Shown here: one piece after another, positions 49,886-59,831 of the stretch
Layout: every line of letters starts with the position of its first letter
Numbering within the stretch: the first letter of the stretch is position 1
The notes under the pieces: generated by a model
Told to the model about the DNA's origin: nothing
The model's input: the letters and a program-made list of their open reading frames with translations, nothing else
The model's database searches: none
From: an uncultured virus (IMG/VR IMGVR_UViG_3300042484_001250)
Lineage: Duplodnaviria; Heunggongvirae; Uroviricota; Caudoviricetes
DNA length: 64,000 nt
Strand: one strand, 5' to 3'
IMG/VR virus record: IMGVR_UViG_3300042484_001250
Coordinates: 1-64,000 of that record
Program-made: the position numbers and the translations under genes

Positions 49886-50341
49886 ATGAACAAAAAAGTT
49901 ATTTGGATTGATATGGATGGTGTGTTGGTTGATTTCGGTGGACACATCGAAACTGTAATGAGAGAAAATCCCTATCTAAATGAAGAATATACAGGAAGAG
50001 AAGATGAGATTCCAAACATATTCAGACACGCTCCCCCAATCGAAGGGGCAATTGAAGCAGTAAGAAAATTAGAAGAGAGTGGAAAGTATGAGTTGTACAT
50101 TGCAACTGCCGCTCCGTGGGGAAACCCCTCCGCTGCTATGGATAAAAGATTGTGGATTGTAGAACACTTTGGTGAGTTATTCAAAAAGAAAATGGCAATC
50201 ACTCACTTAAAGAATATGTTGATTGGGGATTACCTAATTGATGATAGAACTAAGAATGGTGCAGGTGAGTTTAACGGAACTCATATTCACTTTGGACAAA
50301 ACGGAACTGATTGGAATGAAGTTTTAAGATTGTTATTATGA
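49886..50341 (+). CDS. 5'(3')-deoxyribonucleotidase (HAD, NT5C-like)
   Basis: IDMDGVLVDF, PIEGAIEA, K..W...HF, GDYLIDDR. Confidence 0.9.
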   Translation: MNKKVIWIDMDGVLVDFGGHIETVMRENPYLNEEYTGREDEIPNIFRHAPPIEGAIEAVRKLEESGKYELYIATAAPWGNPSAAMDKRLWIVEHFGELFKKKMAITHLKNMLIGDYLIDDRTKNGAGEFNGTHIHFGQNGTDWNEVLRLLL

Positions 50342-50880
50342 AAAAGCTAATTGTATTGGTATCGCTATTTGCCTTTGGTTGTGATGATACTCAAATGGTA
50401 GAACCATCTAAAAAATATAAATTAAGTATAGATTCAGTATTAACGCAAGATGGAAAACGTTCATTGCCAAAAGATAAAAATGGGTTTTATCACCTAACTC
50501 TAATACCTTCACCTAAGCAACAATTATATAGAGTAACTGGTAAAGTATTAGTAGATGGATATGAACCAATCGCACCGCAAAAAATAAGTTGGCAATCTAA
50601 TTTATTTTGGTATATTAAAGCAGGTGATGTTGTAACATATGTAACTAAAACTTATCTTAATTATTATACAGGTCAATATACAATTGTACAATTACCACCA
50701 TTAATTTCTCAACAAAATGATATAGTTCCAACTATTAATACATCATCCTACAGTGGAAAAGCTGGCTCGGTAAATACTATCATCGCACCGGTTGGACAAA
50801 TGAAAGGAGATACACTTATTATAAAAGCATCAAATTACGAAAATAAATTAAACGCAATCACTAAAGTAGTTTTAGAATGA
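50338..50880 (+). CDS. Lipoprotein
   Basis: MKKLIVLVSLFAFG-C lipobox. Confidence 0.7.
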   Translation: MKKLIVLVSLFAFGCDDTQMVEPSKKYKLSIDSVLTQDGKRSLPKDKNGFYHLTLIPSPKQQLYRVTGKVLVDGYEPIAPQKISWQSNLFWYIKAGDVVTYVTKTYLNYYTGQYTIVQLPPLISQQNDIVPTINTSSYSGKAGSVNTIIAPVGQMKGDTLIIKASNYENKLNAITKVVLE

Positions 50881-51272
50881 GAAGTAAAGAATTTAAATTA
50901 CCAACTACACCCATAACTGAAAAAACATTTATTAGGCAGGGGTGGGAAAAGAGTTATATTGGCGATAGATATATTGATGATGAGGGATTTGAAGAAGATA
51001 TCGAAGAGTTTGAAGATGATAAAGAAGAAATAGAAGATGATGATGCATATTATTGGACACTCCCATTACCAAAGAGTAGAAGGGAAGACCCTTATGCGGT
51101 TGTACTAACATCAAACGCAACCGATGAGTTAAGTGTTGTTAGAGAGTTTGGATTGCAAGATGGTTCATTTATTGTTGAGATATTCGATTCAGATGGATTA
51201 GGATTATGTACAAACGAAGAAGAGTTGGAAGTATTATATAGAGCATTAACAGGAGAAGAAATAGAAGATTAA
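50877..51272 (+). CDS. Acidic hypothetical protein
   Basis: 131-aa coupled ORF. Confidence 0.7.
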   Translation: MRSKEFKLPTTPITEKTFIRQGWEKSYIGDRYIDDEGFEEDIEEFEDDKEEIEDDDAYYWTLPLPKSRREDPYAVVLTSNATDELSVVREFGLQDGSFIVEIFDSDGLGLCTNEEELEVLYRALTGEEIED

Positions 51273-51274
51273 TT

Positions 51275-51883
51275 ATGAAATTTGAAGAATTTAAAATGAA
51301 CCCCGAGTGGGAAGATTGGATGAAAAATATGTTCCATAGTTTTTATACGGAAATATGGGATGACCACGAATACGATAGATTTGGTATTGAAATTTCCGAA
51401 GGAGATGTTGTGGTAGATTTGGGTGCAAGTATTGGATTGTTTTCGCAATATGCAGTTAGTAAAGGAGCATCCAAAGTATTTGCTTTTGAATGTATGGATG
51501 AAAGGTTTGAATTGATTAAAGAAAACATTTCAAATACGGATAAGATTACACCAATGTACGGATTGATTTCGGATAACGCAGATGGTGATAACTACAATTT
51601 GGAAAGAATCTTTAAGGATTGTAATGTAGACCATATTGATTTTATGAAGGTAGATGTGGATGGTTATGAGTATCCATTCATATTAAATGCACCTGATGAA
51701 TTATTTAAGAAAGTAGATAAGTGGGCAATGGAAGTTCACATTTGGGGGATGTTTGATAACCGAGCAGATGAGTACATAAAGATGATGCAGATTATAGAGA
51801 AGTTTAGTAAGAACGGATATAAGGTAGCTTGTGAGCACGTTCATAAGAATACAAATCTTTATATGCTATACGCTTCAAAATAA
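51275..51883 (+). CDS. FkbM-family methyltransferase
   Basis: VVVDLGASIG, IDFMKVDVDGYEY, MEVH. Confidence 0.85.
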   Translation: MKFEEFKMNPEWEDWMKNMFHSFYTEIWDDHEYDRFGIEISEGDVVVDLGASIGLFSQYAVSKGASKVFAFECMDERFELIKENISNTDKITPMYGLISDNADGDNYNLERIFKDCNVDHIDFMKVDVDGYEYPFILNAPDELFKKVDKWAMEVHIWGMFDNRADEYIKMMQIIEKFSKNGYKVACEHVHKNTNLYMLYASK

Positions 51884-51920
51884 ATTTGGAAATATCAAAA
51901 AGTTTTATTATATTTGTAAC

Positions 51921-52583
51921 ATGAGAAATTATACTGAACAACAATTACAAGAGAACTACGAAAAGTTCCTAAACTTCATTCGTAAAGCATTCGCTAACCA
52001 ACCGGAACGAATGGAGAAATTATTACATATGTATTCCGAAGACCAATTGGGTATGGAATTAATAATGGCACCTGCAAGTGGTAAGGCTCATTTCCATTCA
52101 GCATATGTTGGTGGTTATATTGACCATGTTATGAATGTATGTAAGAATTCAATCGGTCAGATGAATCAATTTAAAGCCAATGGTGGTACTATTGATTTTG
52201 AAGTCGAAGAGTTACTATTTGCAGCATTACATCACGACTTAGGAAAGTTAGGAGATTTGGGTAAACCATATTATGTAGAACAAGAATCAGATTGGCATCG
52301 TAAGAATCAAGGTTCCCTATTCAAACAAAATCCAAACATTAATTACTTTGATGTAACACATAGAGCCCTATGGTTATTACAAGAATATGGGATTAAGTTT
52401 ACCCAAAAAGAAATGTTGGGTATTATGTTGGCGGATGGTTTGTATAATAAAGGAAACGAAAAATACTTTATTTCATATGATGAAAACTTCCAATTAAAAA
52501 CTGAATTACCATATCTATTACATTGGGCAGACCATATGAGTTGCCGTATTGAAAATAGTGAATATAAGAATGGGGTTGTTTAA
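51921..52583 (+). CDS. HD-domain phosphohydrolase
   Basis: PAS...H..Y.GG..DHV, ALHHDLGK, LHWAD. Confidence 0.85.
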   Translation: MRNYTEQQLQENYEKFLNFIRKAFANQPERMEKLLHMYSEDQLGMELIMAPASGKAHFHSAYVGGYIDHVMNVCKNSIGQMNQFKANGGTIDFEVEELLFAALHHDLGKLGDLGKPYYVEQESDWHRKNQGSLFKQNPNINYFDVTHRALWLLQEYGIKFTQKEMLGIMLADGLYNKGNEKYFISYDENFQLKTELPYLLHWADHMSCRIENSEYKNGVV

Positions 52584-52683
52584 TTTTTAGACAACCTTAT
52601 ATTTATATAGGATGGAGCTGGCCAGCACATCCTCGTATTATCCAAAAGGAAATACAAACTTAACGCTTAAACAAGGTAAAAAA

Positions 52684-53163
52684 ATGAAAAATCAAATCCA
52701 AAGGGGATTCCCTAACCCCGTATTTAGGGATGAGTTCTTCTCACCATTAGATACTTTATTCGATAAAGTATTTTCAGAATCATTTCCTGAATTATCAAAG
52801 GAAATAGGTATTAATCCATTCCAACAAAATGCTTATCCAAAATGTGACATCATTAATTTTGATGACCGTATTGAGATTGTAGCAGAAGTTCCTGGTCTAA
52901 CCAAAGAACAAATTACCATTGATGTAGATGGTGATGTAATTACATTAAAAGGAGAAAAAGCAAACAAAGCAAACGAAAAAGAAGGTGGTACATATCTTCG
53001 TAGAGAAGTTAAACGTTCATCGTTTCTAAGAAGTTTTACTGCTGATTCTAAAATCTTTGATTTAGATAATGTAAAAGCATCATTTGAAGATGGGGTATTG
53101 GAATTACAGATACCAAAGAGGGAACCTGAACAACCAAAAAAGAGAACTATTAAGATAGGTTAA
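52684..53163 (+). CDS. Small heat-shock protein (Hsp20/alpha-crystallin)
   Basis: YPKCDI, AEVPGLTKEQI, F.RSF, ASFEDGVLELQIPK. Confidence 0.93.
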   Translation: MKNQIQRGFPNPVFRDEFFSPLDTLFDKVFSESFPELSKEIGINPFQQNAYPKCDIINFDDRIEIVAEVPGLTKEQITIDVDGDVITLKGEKANKANEKEGGTYLRREVKRSSFLRSFTADSKIFDLDNVKASFEDGVLELQIPKREPEQPKKRTIKIG

Positions 53164-53175
53164 TAATAAAAAAAT

Positions 53176-53214
53176 GAGGGAGTGGGTGTCAATATTCACT
53201 CCCTTTTTATTTTT
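53176..53214 (+). terminator. Intrinsic terminator
   Basis: GAGGGAGTG/CACTCCCTT plus T-run. Confidence 0.85.
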
Positions 53215-53239
53215 GTTATATTTATACTAAAGAATTTAT

Positions 53240-53419
53240 ATGAAACCCGAATACAAACAAAAGGCTCAAGAGAATTTAGAAGCTATTTCAAAGAGAGCAA
53301 AAGTTATTTCCGAAATGTTGCATGGTGAGAGACCGGCTAATGAGGAAGAAGCTAAGAGATTAGCAAGAGAGATTGAAAGATTGGTTGAACTTACTACTAA
53401 CATAGTAGATTTATCATAA
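53240..53419 (+). CDS. Small helical protein (59 aa)
   Basis: Hand translation MKPEYKQKAQE...VDLS, after TATTTATA. Confidence 0.65.
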   Translation: MKPEYKQKAQENLEAISKRAKVISEMLHGERPANEEEAKRLAREIERLVELTTNIVDLS

Positions 53420-53422
53420 TAT

Positions 53423-54658
53423 ATGAATTGGCTTAAAGTGCTTTTATTTATGGCTGCTATTGCAGTAGCTGGGACAGGAGCATACTTTTCGGTGACTGGA
53501 TTGGGTGTTCTATTTAGTGGAGCATCTACCGCTGTTATTGTTATGGCATCTACTTTGGAGTTCGCTAAATTAGTAACCGCATCATACCTTGAACAAAAAT
53601 GGCAAGAAACCACATTATTTCTAAAAGTTTACTTAACATCAGCCGTATTTATACTAATGCTCATCACATCGGCTGGTATCTTTGGCTACTTATCTAATGC
53701 TTTTCAGCAACAAAACATCAAATTACAACAAATAGATAGAGAAATTTTGGTATTTCAAACAAAAATTGACCAAAATAATTCTCAAATAGAGCAATTATCA
53801 ACCCAAATTAACGAATCAAACAAAAATCAGACAACCATATTGGGTAAGGGTAAGGTAAACAACCGACTCTTACGTTCAATTGACAACAAAGACCGTCAAA
53901 TTGGTAAAATTAACGATAAAATTTCCAAATTACAGGAAGATAACGCTAAAAATAACGAAGAAATCAACAAAATCAGGTTAAATAACTTGGATTTAGAAAA
54001 AGAAGTGGGTGGATTTAAGTTTGTTGCCCAAGCATTTGATGTAGAATTGGATAAAGTAGTAAAATGGTTTATGTTTTTGATTGTTTTTGTGTTTGACCCA
54101 CTTGCAATCGCTTTAGTTTTAGCATTAAACAAACTTTTAAAGGAAAATAAGCCAAAAACTGAAGAAAATGAACCTTTAGTGGAAAAAAATTACGAAATTT
54201 ACGGAGATAGTGGAAAAATTGCATCAATAAATGAGATTTTAAGTGTTAATGTGGAAAATAATCAACAAATGGGTTTGTATGAACCACCATTTGATAATCC
54301 ATTAATAGATAATGAAGAAATATTCACCGAAGAGGATAAAAAAGCATTAGAACCTGAAATTACTGATGAAATACTATTAAATCTACAAACCGATTACTCA
54401 AAACGAGCAATTGATGTGGATGGTGATGGTAGTGTCGATGGATATGATACTGATGGTGATGGTTTAATTAATATTATCAGAGCAGAGCACCCAAGCAGAG
54501 CTGAAGAAGTTAAAACAAAATTACCATACTACGCAAGAGGTAATTTTAATTGGTCTGATAGAAAGAATTGGATAAATGACCAAAATGCAGTAAACTATTG
54601 GATTAAGCATATTAAACAATCTCAATATCCTGAAGATTTCTCTGGAAAATCTTATTAA
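53423..54658 (+). CDS. Membrane protein with coiled coil and DxDxDG Ca-binding-like repeats
   Basis: Three N-terminal TMs (TSAGIFGYLS), coiled coil, VFDPLAIAL TM, DVDGDGSVDGYDTDGDG. Confidence 0.8.
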   Translation: MNWLKVLLFMAAIAVAGTGAYFSVTGLGVLFSGASTAVIVMASTLEFAKLVTASYLEQKWQETTLFLKVYLTSAVFILMLITSAGIFGYLSNAFQQQNIKLQQIDREILVFQTKIDQNNSQIEQLSTQINESNKNQTTILGKGKVNNRLLRSIDNKDRQIGKINDKISKLQEDNAKNNEEINKIRLNNLDLEKEVGGFKFVAQAFDVELDKVVKWFMFLIVFVFDPLAIALVLALNKLLKENKPKTEENEPLVEKNYEIYGDSGKIASINEILSVNVENNQQMGLYEPPFDNPLIDNEEIFTEEDKKALEPEITDEILLNLQTDYSKRAIDVDGDGSVDGYDTDGDGLINIIRAEHPSRAEEVKTKLPYYARGNFNWSDRKNWINDQNAVNYWIKHIKQSQYPEDFSGKSY

Positions 54659-54715
54659 AAATTTGGATTTCTCATAAATAATTTGTATATTTGTTTTCAA
54701 CATTCAAATAACACT

Positions 54716-55609
54716 ATGAATTTAGGATACGCGTGTATCAATATGAGTTTAGGAAAGAACGTAACTACAAATCGTTCTATGGTTAAACGTACATTCAATC
54801 AAAAAGGTTTAGATTATGTTTCGGAACTTGCATTAGCAAACGCCAAAGATGTACTCAAAATATTAGTGTGGAATAAGAACAATAATATAAAGTTCTTTCG
54901 TTTATCATCAGCGCTCGTTCCTTGGGGTGATGGTTTGGACCTAACAACCTTAAAAGATTATGATGAGATAAGTATCGCACTTCGTAGAGCAGGTGATTAC
55001 GCTAAAGCAAATGGTATTAGAATTAATTCACATCCTGGTCCATTCAATGTATTACCATCTCCAAACGAATCCGTTGTTCAAAAGACTTTTGCTGATTTAG
55101 AATTACATGGTAAAATATTTGACCTTATAGGGTTATCACTAACTCACTATAATAATATAAACATTCATTGTAATGGTGTTTATGGTGATAAACAATCTGC
55201 GATGGATAGATTGATTACAAACTTCAAAAGACTCTCTCCAAGCGTACGCAAACGATTGACATTGGAGAATGATGATAAGGCTTCTATGTATTCCGTAAAA
55301 GACCTTATGTACATCCATAAACATACAGGCATTCCAATTGTATTTGATTACCACCACCACCAATTTTGTACAGGTGGATTGAGTGAAGAAGAAGCACTTA
55401 AATTAGCAGCAACAACTTGGCCCAACGATATAAGACAAGAAGTTCATTATTCGGAGTCAAAAGCATTACATGAAAATAACCCAAAAGAAAAACCACAATC
55501 ACATTCCTATCTTATTAATACCCTCCCCAATACATATGGGTTGGATTTGGACATTATGGTTGAAGCAAAAGGAAAGGAATTAGCAATATTACCATTTATT
55601 AAAAAATAA
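54716..55609 (+). CDS. uvsE: UV-damage endonuclease (UvdE family)
   Basis: LGYACIN, FFRLSS, HPG, LENDDK, FDYHHH, HYSES, EAKGKE. Confidence 0.95.
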   Translation: MNLGYACINMSLGKNVTTNRSMVKRTFNQKGLDYVSELALANAKDVLKILVWNKNNNIKFFRLSSALVPWGDGLDLTTLKDYDEISIALRRAGDYAKANGIRINSHPGPFNVLPSPNESVVQKTFADLELHGKIFDLIGLSLTHYNNINIHCNGVYGDKQSAMDRLITNFKRLSPSVRKRLTLENDDKASMYSVKDLMYIHKHTGIPIVFDYHHHQFCTGGLSEEEALKLAATTWPNDIRQEVHYSESKALHENNPKEKPQSHSYLINTLPNTYGLDLDIMVEAKGKELAILPFIKK

Positions 55610-55613
55610 AATT

Positions 55614-56015
55614 ATGGATACGAACACAACATTAAAAATTACATTAGGTACAATACTAATAGTTGGAATTATAGCAATGACAATAGTATCAATAGGATTT
55701 AGTATGAATGATAAAGATAAATCGGTTGTTGCAATGAGTAGAGAAAACTATCAGATTCAAACTCATACAATAGATTCATTGACTAGAGTAGTTGATAGTT
55801 TAGAAATAGAAATACATTCACAAGCACAAAAGTTTGATAATACCGAAAAAAAATACAAAGAAATCCTATTTGAATATGAATTGGGAATTGATAGAATCGA
55901 AAACTATCATCCAAAAGCATATGAGGATTTCCATAGGATATTAGCATATAGAGAAGATTATAGTAGAGAAGCAGAAATTGAAAACAAAAAAAGATTAAAT
56001 GAATACAATAGATAA
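55614..56015 (+). CDS. Membrane-anchored coiled-coil protein
   Basis: N-terminal TM plus heptad region. Confidence 0.65.
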   Translation: MDTNTTLKITLGTILIVGIIAMTIVSIGFSMNDKDKSVVAMSRENYQIQTHTIDSLTRVVDSLEIEIHSQAQKFDNTEKKYKEILFEYELGIDRIENYHPKAYEDFHRILAYREDYSREAEIENKKRLNEYNR

Positions 56016-57150
56016 AAAGTATCAACAATTACTTAATGATATTATTGAATTTGGTGTAGAAAAAAAAGATAGAACCGGAACAGGTACTATATCAGAGTTT
56101 GGACATCAAATACGACATAAGATGAGTGAGGGGTTTCCATTACTTACTACAAAAAAGATGCATTGGAATTCCATTGTGACAGAACTCCTATGGTTTTTAA
56201 GAGGTGATACTAACATCAAATTCCTATTGGATTACGATTGCCACATTTGGGATGGTGATACATATAAGAACTATGTAAGTAAAGTTGAAGAATATACATC
56301 TACATTAAATGTTCCTAATGATATATCCGAATTTCAAGAAGTAATGGATTCAGTAGGAAACCAAATAAAGAGTAGTGTATTATCAAAAGAAGAATTCATT
56401 AAACAAATCAAAACCAATAATGAGTTTGCAAAGAAGTGGGGAGATTTAGGTCCAATCTATGGTAAGCAATGGAGGCAATGGCAAGGGTGGATGCAATATA
56501 AGAGAGATGATGGTTCAAACGGATTTGGTTCATTGTGGTATGACCAAATCCTACAATTAGTTCATTCCTTAAAAACAAATCCAGATAGTAGAAGATTGAT
56601 GGTATCAGCTTGGAACGTAGCGGAGTTAGACCAAATGGTTTTACCACCTTGTCATTATGGATTCCAAGTTTATACAAGAGAGTTGAGTAAATTTGAAAGA
56701 AGTAGACATATGGGATTACCAGAAGGTGAACATTTTTTAGATGATGTATTAGATAAACATAACATTCCTAAACGTGCAATCTCTTTAATGTGGAATCAAC
56801 GTAGTTGTGATACATTTTTGGGATTACCTTTTAACATAGCATCTTATGCATTACTATTAGAGATTATTGCGAAAGAAGTAAATATGGTGCCGGAAGATTT
56901 GATTGGTAATTTGGGAGATGTACATTTATATAAAAACCATATCGAACAAGCCAAAGAACAAATCAGTAGAGAACCTTATAGTTTACCAAAAGTTGAAATC
57001 ACCGAAAGGAATTGGTATCAGCACGAAAAAGTAAAAGAGAATTTAGGACCAAAAACATTTAGAGATATAATACTATCTTATAGACCTGATTGTTTTGAAT
57101 TAATAGGTTACGAATCACATCCAAAAATTAAAGCACCATTATCAAATTAA
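55999..57150 (+). CDS. thyA: Thymidylate synthase
   Basis: DRTGTG, FPLLTTK, ELLWFL.G.TN, LGPIYG.QWR, LPPCH, QRSCD.FLGLPFN, HLYKNH. Confidence 0.97.
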   Translation: MNTIDKKYQQLLNDIIEFGVEKKDRTGTGTISEFGHQIRHKMSEGFPLLTTKKMHWNSIVTELLWFLRGDTNIKFLLDYDCHIWDGDTYKNYVSKVEEYTSTLNVPNDISEFQEVMDSVGNQIKSSVLSKEEFIKQIKTNNEFAKKWGDLGPIYGKQWRQWQGWMQYKRDDGSNGFGSLWYDQILQLVHSLKTNPDSRRLMVSAWNVAELDQMVLPPCHYGFQVYTRELSKFERSRHMGLPEGEHFLDDVLDKHNIPKRAISLMWNQRSCDTFLGLPFNIASYALLLEIIAKEVNMVPEDLIGNLGDVHLYKNHIEQAKEQISREPYSLPKVEITERNWYQHEKVKENLGPKTFRDIILSYRPDCFELIGYESHPKIKAPLSN

Positions 57151-57161
57151 AAAATAATAAT

Positions 57162-57734
57162 ATGAAAATTAAAAAAATTGAGCAATCGCCTGTTACAAAA
57201 GAAGATATTGCAAAGTATAAAGAATTGGTACAACATAGAGAAGGTATGATGCATACTGCTAATGATGTTGGAATGAATAAAAGAATTGTTACCTTTAGAC
57301 CCGATACAAAAGATACCGAACTTACATTAGTAAATCCTCGTATTGTAGAAGGTTCGGATAACGCAGTTGTTTATTTTGAAAAGGATAACTACAAAGATAA
57401 AATCCGCAAGACTGTTCGATTATCACATTTAGTTATTGAAACTGATAATTTGGGTAAGATGGAATTCAAATCAGATAAAACAAATTGGAAAAACGCCGAT
57501 GAGTTTATGGAAGATGCTGGTTTATTTGAATCGGTTCATATTCAAAAACTAATTGATGCTATTGATGGTATTGAATTAACACATCCATCTCGTCAATACA
57601 AAGAGACTGTGAGTGTAAAAACAAAGTTGGGAAGAAACGAAAGAGTTATGTTACAATCACCGGAAGGTGAGATGGCATTTGTGAAAGCAAAACAAGCTGA
57701 TTCATATTACCAAATGGGATATAGAGCAATTTAA
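57162..57734 (+). CDS. Peptide-deformylase-fold protein lacking catalytic motifs
   Basis: LVNPRIV, VR, IQKLIDAIDGI (in place of QHExDHLxG), KLGRNE tail. Confidence 0.65.
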   Translation: MKIKKIEQSPVTKEDIAKYKELVQHREGMMHTANDVGMNKRIVTFRPDTKDTELTLVNPRIVEGSDNAVVYFEKDNYKDKIRKTVRLSHLVIETDNLGKMEFKSDKTNWKNADEFMEDAGLFESVHIQKLIDAIDGIELTHPSRQYKETVSVKTKLGRNERVMLQSPEGEMAFVKAKQADSYYQMGYRAI

Positions 57735-57737
57735 TTT

Positions 57738-57998
57738 ATGGCAAAGTTAATATTTAATATAGATAACGATAACTTCAGAGAAGCATCTAACATAGAACTT
57801 ATTGTGCCCGATGATATGGATATTTGGGAATACAAAATAATGTGTACCCGATTAGCCGCAGCAATGGGATATACCGAATCAACTATCAAAAGAGCATTCG
57901 GAGAAGAGAAATACAATCACACCGAAGATGAGTTACGAATCAGAGAATTTTTAGAAATAATCAATGTTTACACCGGTTCACTAATAAACACAATATAA
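57738..57998 (+). CDS. Hypothetical protein
   Basis: 86 aa; RLAAAMGY. Confidence 0.7.
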   Translation: MAKLIFNIDNDNFREASNIELIVPDDMDIWEYKIMCTRLAAAMGYTESTIKRAFGEEKYNHTEDELRIREFLEIINVYTGSLINTI

Positions 57999-58243
57999 TG
58001 AACGAATTAGAAAGACAAATTTTATCATCACAAATTTTAGTAGAATCGTTGGCAGATATACTAATCCAAAAAGGAATTATGACTCAAGTTGAAATTCAAA
58101 AGTTATGTCAAGAAAGAGTTGATTCACTAACTTCCGAATTAAAGAAGGAACAAAAGAAGCAAGTAAAGAAAACAAAAACAAAACAATCCGATTCGGAGAT
58201 ACTTACAACTATGTTTATGGGTAATCAAATTGGGGAAGCATAA
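57998..58243 (+). CDS. Hypothetical protein
   Basis: 81 aa, TAATG-coupled. Confidence 0.7.
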   Translation: MNELERQILSSQILVESLADILIQKGIMTQVEIQKLCQERVDSLTSELKKEQKKQVKKTKTKQSDSEILTTMFMGNQIGEA

Positions 58244-58311
58244 AAACTTTCCCAATAATTTGGTTTATTCGAAATAATGTTGTATCTTTGTAAGATATAA
58301 ACAAATAAATT

Positions 58312-58578
58312 ATGATATTGTTATATACAATCCTAACAATCTCCATTATTTTTAATATTATTCTTTTTATAAGAGGTATGATATTGGTGAAACAAAACGA
58401 AGAACTAGCTGATGCAATTTTAGAAGCTGATGATGTAGTTGAAGAATCACAAACAACATTGGAGAAAATGTTAGATGAGATGAGAGCCTTAGATATAAAA
58501 GGTTCTTTCGAAGCAGATGATGAAGTAGGAGCGGTTTTTACCGAACTTAAAAACCTCATCGAAAAATATAAAAACTAA
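58312..58578 (+). CDS. Membrane-anchored protein
   Basis: N-terminal TM; D.KGSFEADDEVG..F. Confidence 0.7.
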   Translation: MILLYTILTISIIFNIILFIRGMILVKQNEELADAILEADDVVEESQTTLEKMLDEMRALDIKGSFEADDEVGAVFTELKNLIEKYKN

Positions 58579-58586
58579 TCTAACTA

Positions 58587-59336
58587 ATGCCAAGAAAGAA
58601 AAAAAGTAAAATATACTTTTCGCAAGATACCGAAAACGCAATTATAGAGTATAATAAATCAAAAGATTATGTAAAGAGAAATAGGATATATGTGGAAAGT
58701 ATTCAGTATCCTTTTGAAAAATTAGCAGAAAATATTCTAAACACATTTAAGTTCACATACTTTGATGTACCTAAAGCAGATGTTCAGAGAGAGGTGGTAT
58801 CTACTCTAATTGAAAAGATACACATGTTTAAAGAAGGTAGAGGTAAAGCATTCTCTTACTTCAGTATTGTTGCTAAGAACCACTTAATCTTAAAGAACAA
58901 CGGAAACTATAAGAGGTTTAAGAAAACTGCTCTACTATCCGAAATGCCGGAAACTTGGAATCCACCAAATGATTTTGAAGAAGTACAAACCGGTGCGGAG
59001 TTTATGGAGTTCAGAGATTTAATGTTGGCGTATTGGGATAAACATCTAACAAGAGTATTTACAAAGAAAAGAGATATCCAAATTGCAGATGCGGTATTAG
59101 AACTATTCCGTAGAAGTCAATACATCGAAAACTTTAATAAGAAACATCTATATCTCCTTATTAGAGAAATGACAGATTGTAAGACACACTACATTACAAA
59201 AGTGGTAAACGAAATGAAGAAACATCAGACAAAGATGTTAAATGATTACTTAGACCACGGATATGTAAAGGATGAGAATAACGATTTTTGGGAAGAGGAA
59301 TACTTATATGAAACGGAACAAATAGACGAAGATTAA
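58587..59336 (+). CDS. Phage sigma-factor-like protein (T4 gp55-like)
   Basis: YF...ENAI..YN, KLAENI, KAFSYFSIVAKN region-2-like motif. Confidence 0.7.
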   Translation: MPRKKKSKIYFSQDTENAIIEYNKSKDYVKRNRIYVESIQYPFEKLAENILNTFKFTYFDVPKADVQREVVSTLIEKIHMFKEGRGKAFSYFSIVAKNHLILKNNGNYKRFKKTALLSEMPETWNPPNDFEEVQTGAEFMEFRDLMLAYWDKHLTRVFTKKRDIQIADAVLELFRRSQYIENFNKKHLYLLIREMTDCKTHYITKVVNEMKKHQTKMLNDYLDHGYVKDENNDFWEEEYLYETEQIDED

Positions 59337-59338
59337 AA

Positions 59339-59710
59339 ATGGAAGATATAGCATCAATGTTTTTTCATAGTAGAACACAAGCTCACCAATTTCATACATT
59401 GACAACTGGTGAAGGTTCATACGCAAGACATAAGGCATTAAAAAAATATTACGAAGAAATCGTACCATTGATTGATGGAATTATAGAAGCATATCAGGGT
59501 ATGTATGGTTTAATTTCTTACAAAAAAGTTGCAGGTGTTGATAATGATGCTACTAAAGAAAACATATTAAATTATTTTGATGATTTGATTAAGTTTTTGG
59601 AAACAAAAAGAAAAGATGAAAAACTACAAGTAAGTTGGATTCAAAATGAGTTAGATAATTTGGCAAAACTCTTATACTCAACTAAATATAAACTAACTTA
59701 TTTAGGATAA
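59339..59710 (+). CDS. Ferritin/Dps-like four-helix protein (DUF5856-like)
   Basis: HQFH, SYARHKAL..YY, D.IIEAYQG.YG, TKYKL. Confidence 0.75.
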   Translation: MEDIASMFFHSRTQAHQFHTLTTGEGSYARHKALKKYYEEIVPLIDGIIEAYQGMYGLISYKKVAGVDNDATKENILNYFDDLIKFLETKRKDEKLQVSWIQNELDNLAKLLYSTKYKLTYLG

Positions 59711-59736
59711 TAAAAAAATAAGAAAGTACTAAAATT

Positions 59737-59772
59737 AAGGTGTTTGATATTTATATTCGGACACCTTTTTTT
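59737..59772 (+). terminator. Terminator hairpin with TATTTATA in its loop
   Basis: AAGGTGTTTGA/TCGGACACCTT plus T-run. Confidence 0.8.
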
Positions 59773-59831
59773 ATGTCCTATCAATATGTTACATAGTTAA
59801 AAAATTAGACAGGGATTGTACCCTATATTTT

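Noticed and set aside
56260..56440. Intein or intron in thyA
   Set aside because: A short in-frame insertion at the known variable small-domain position, with no splicing motifs.
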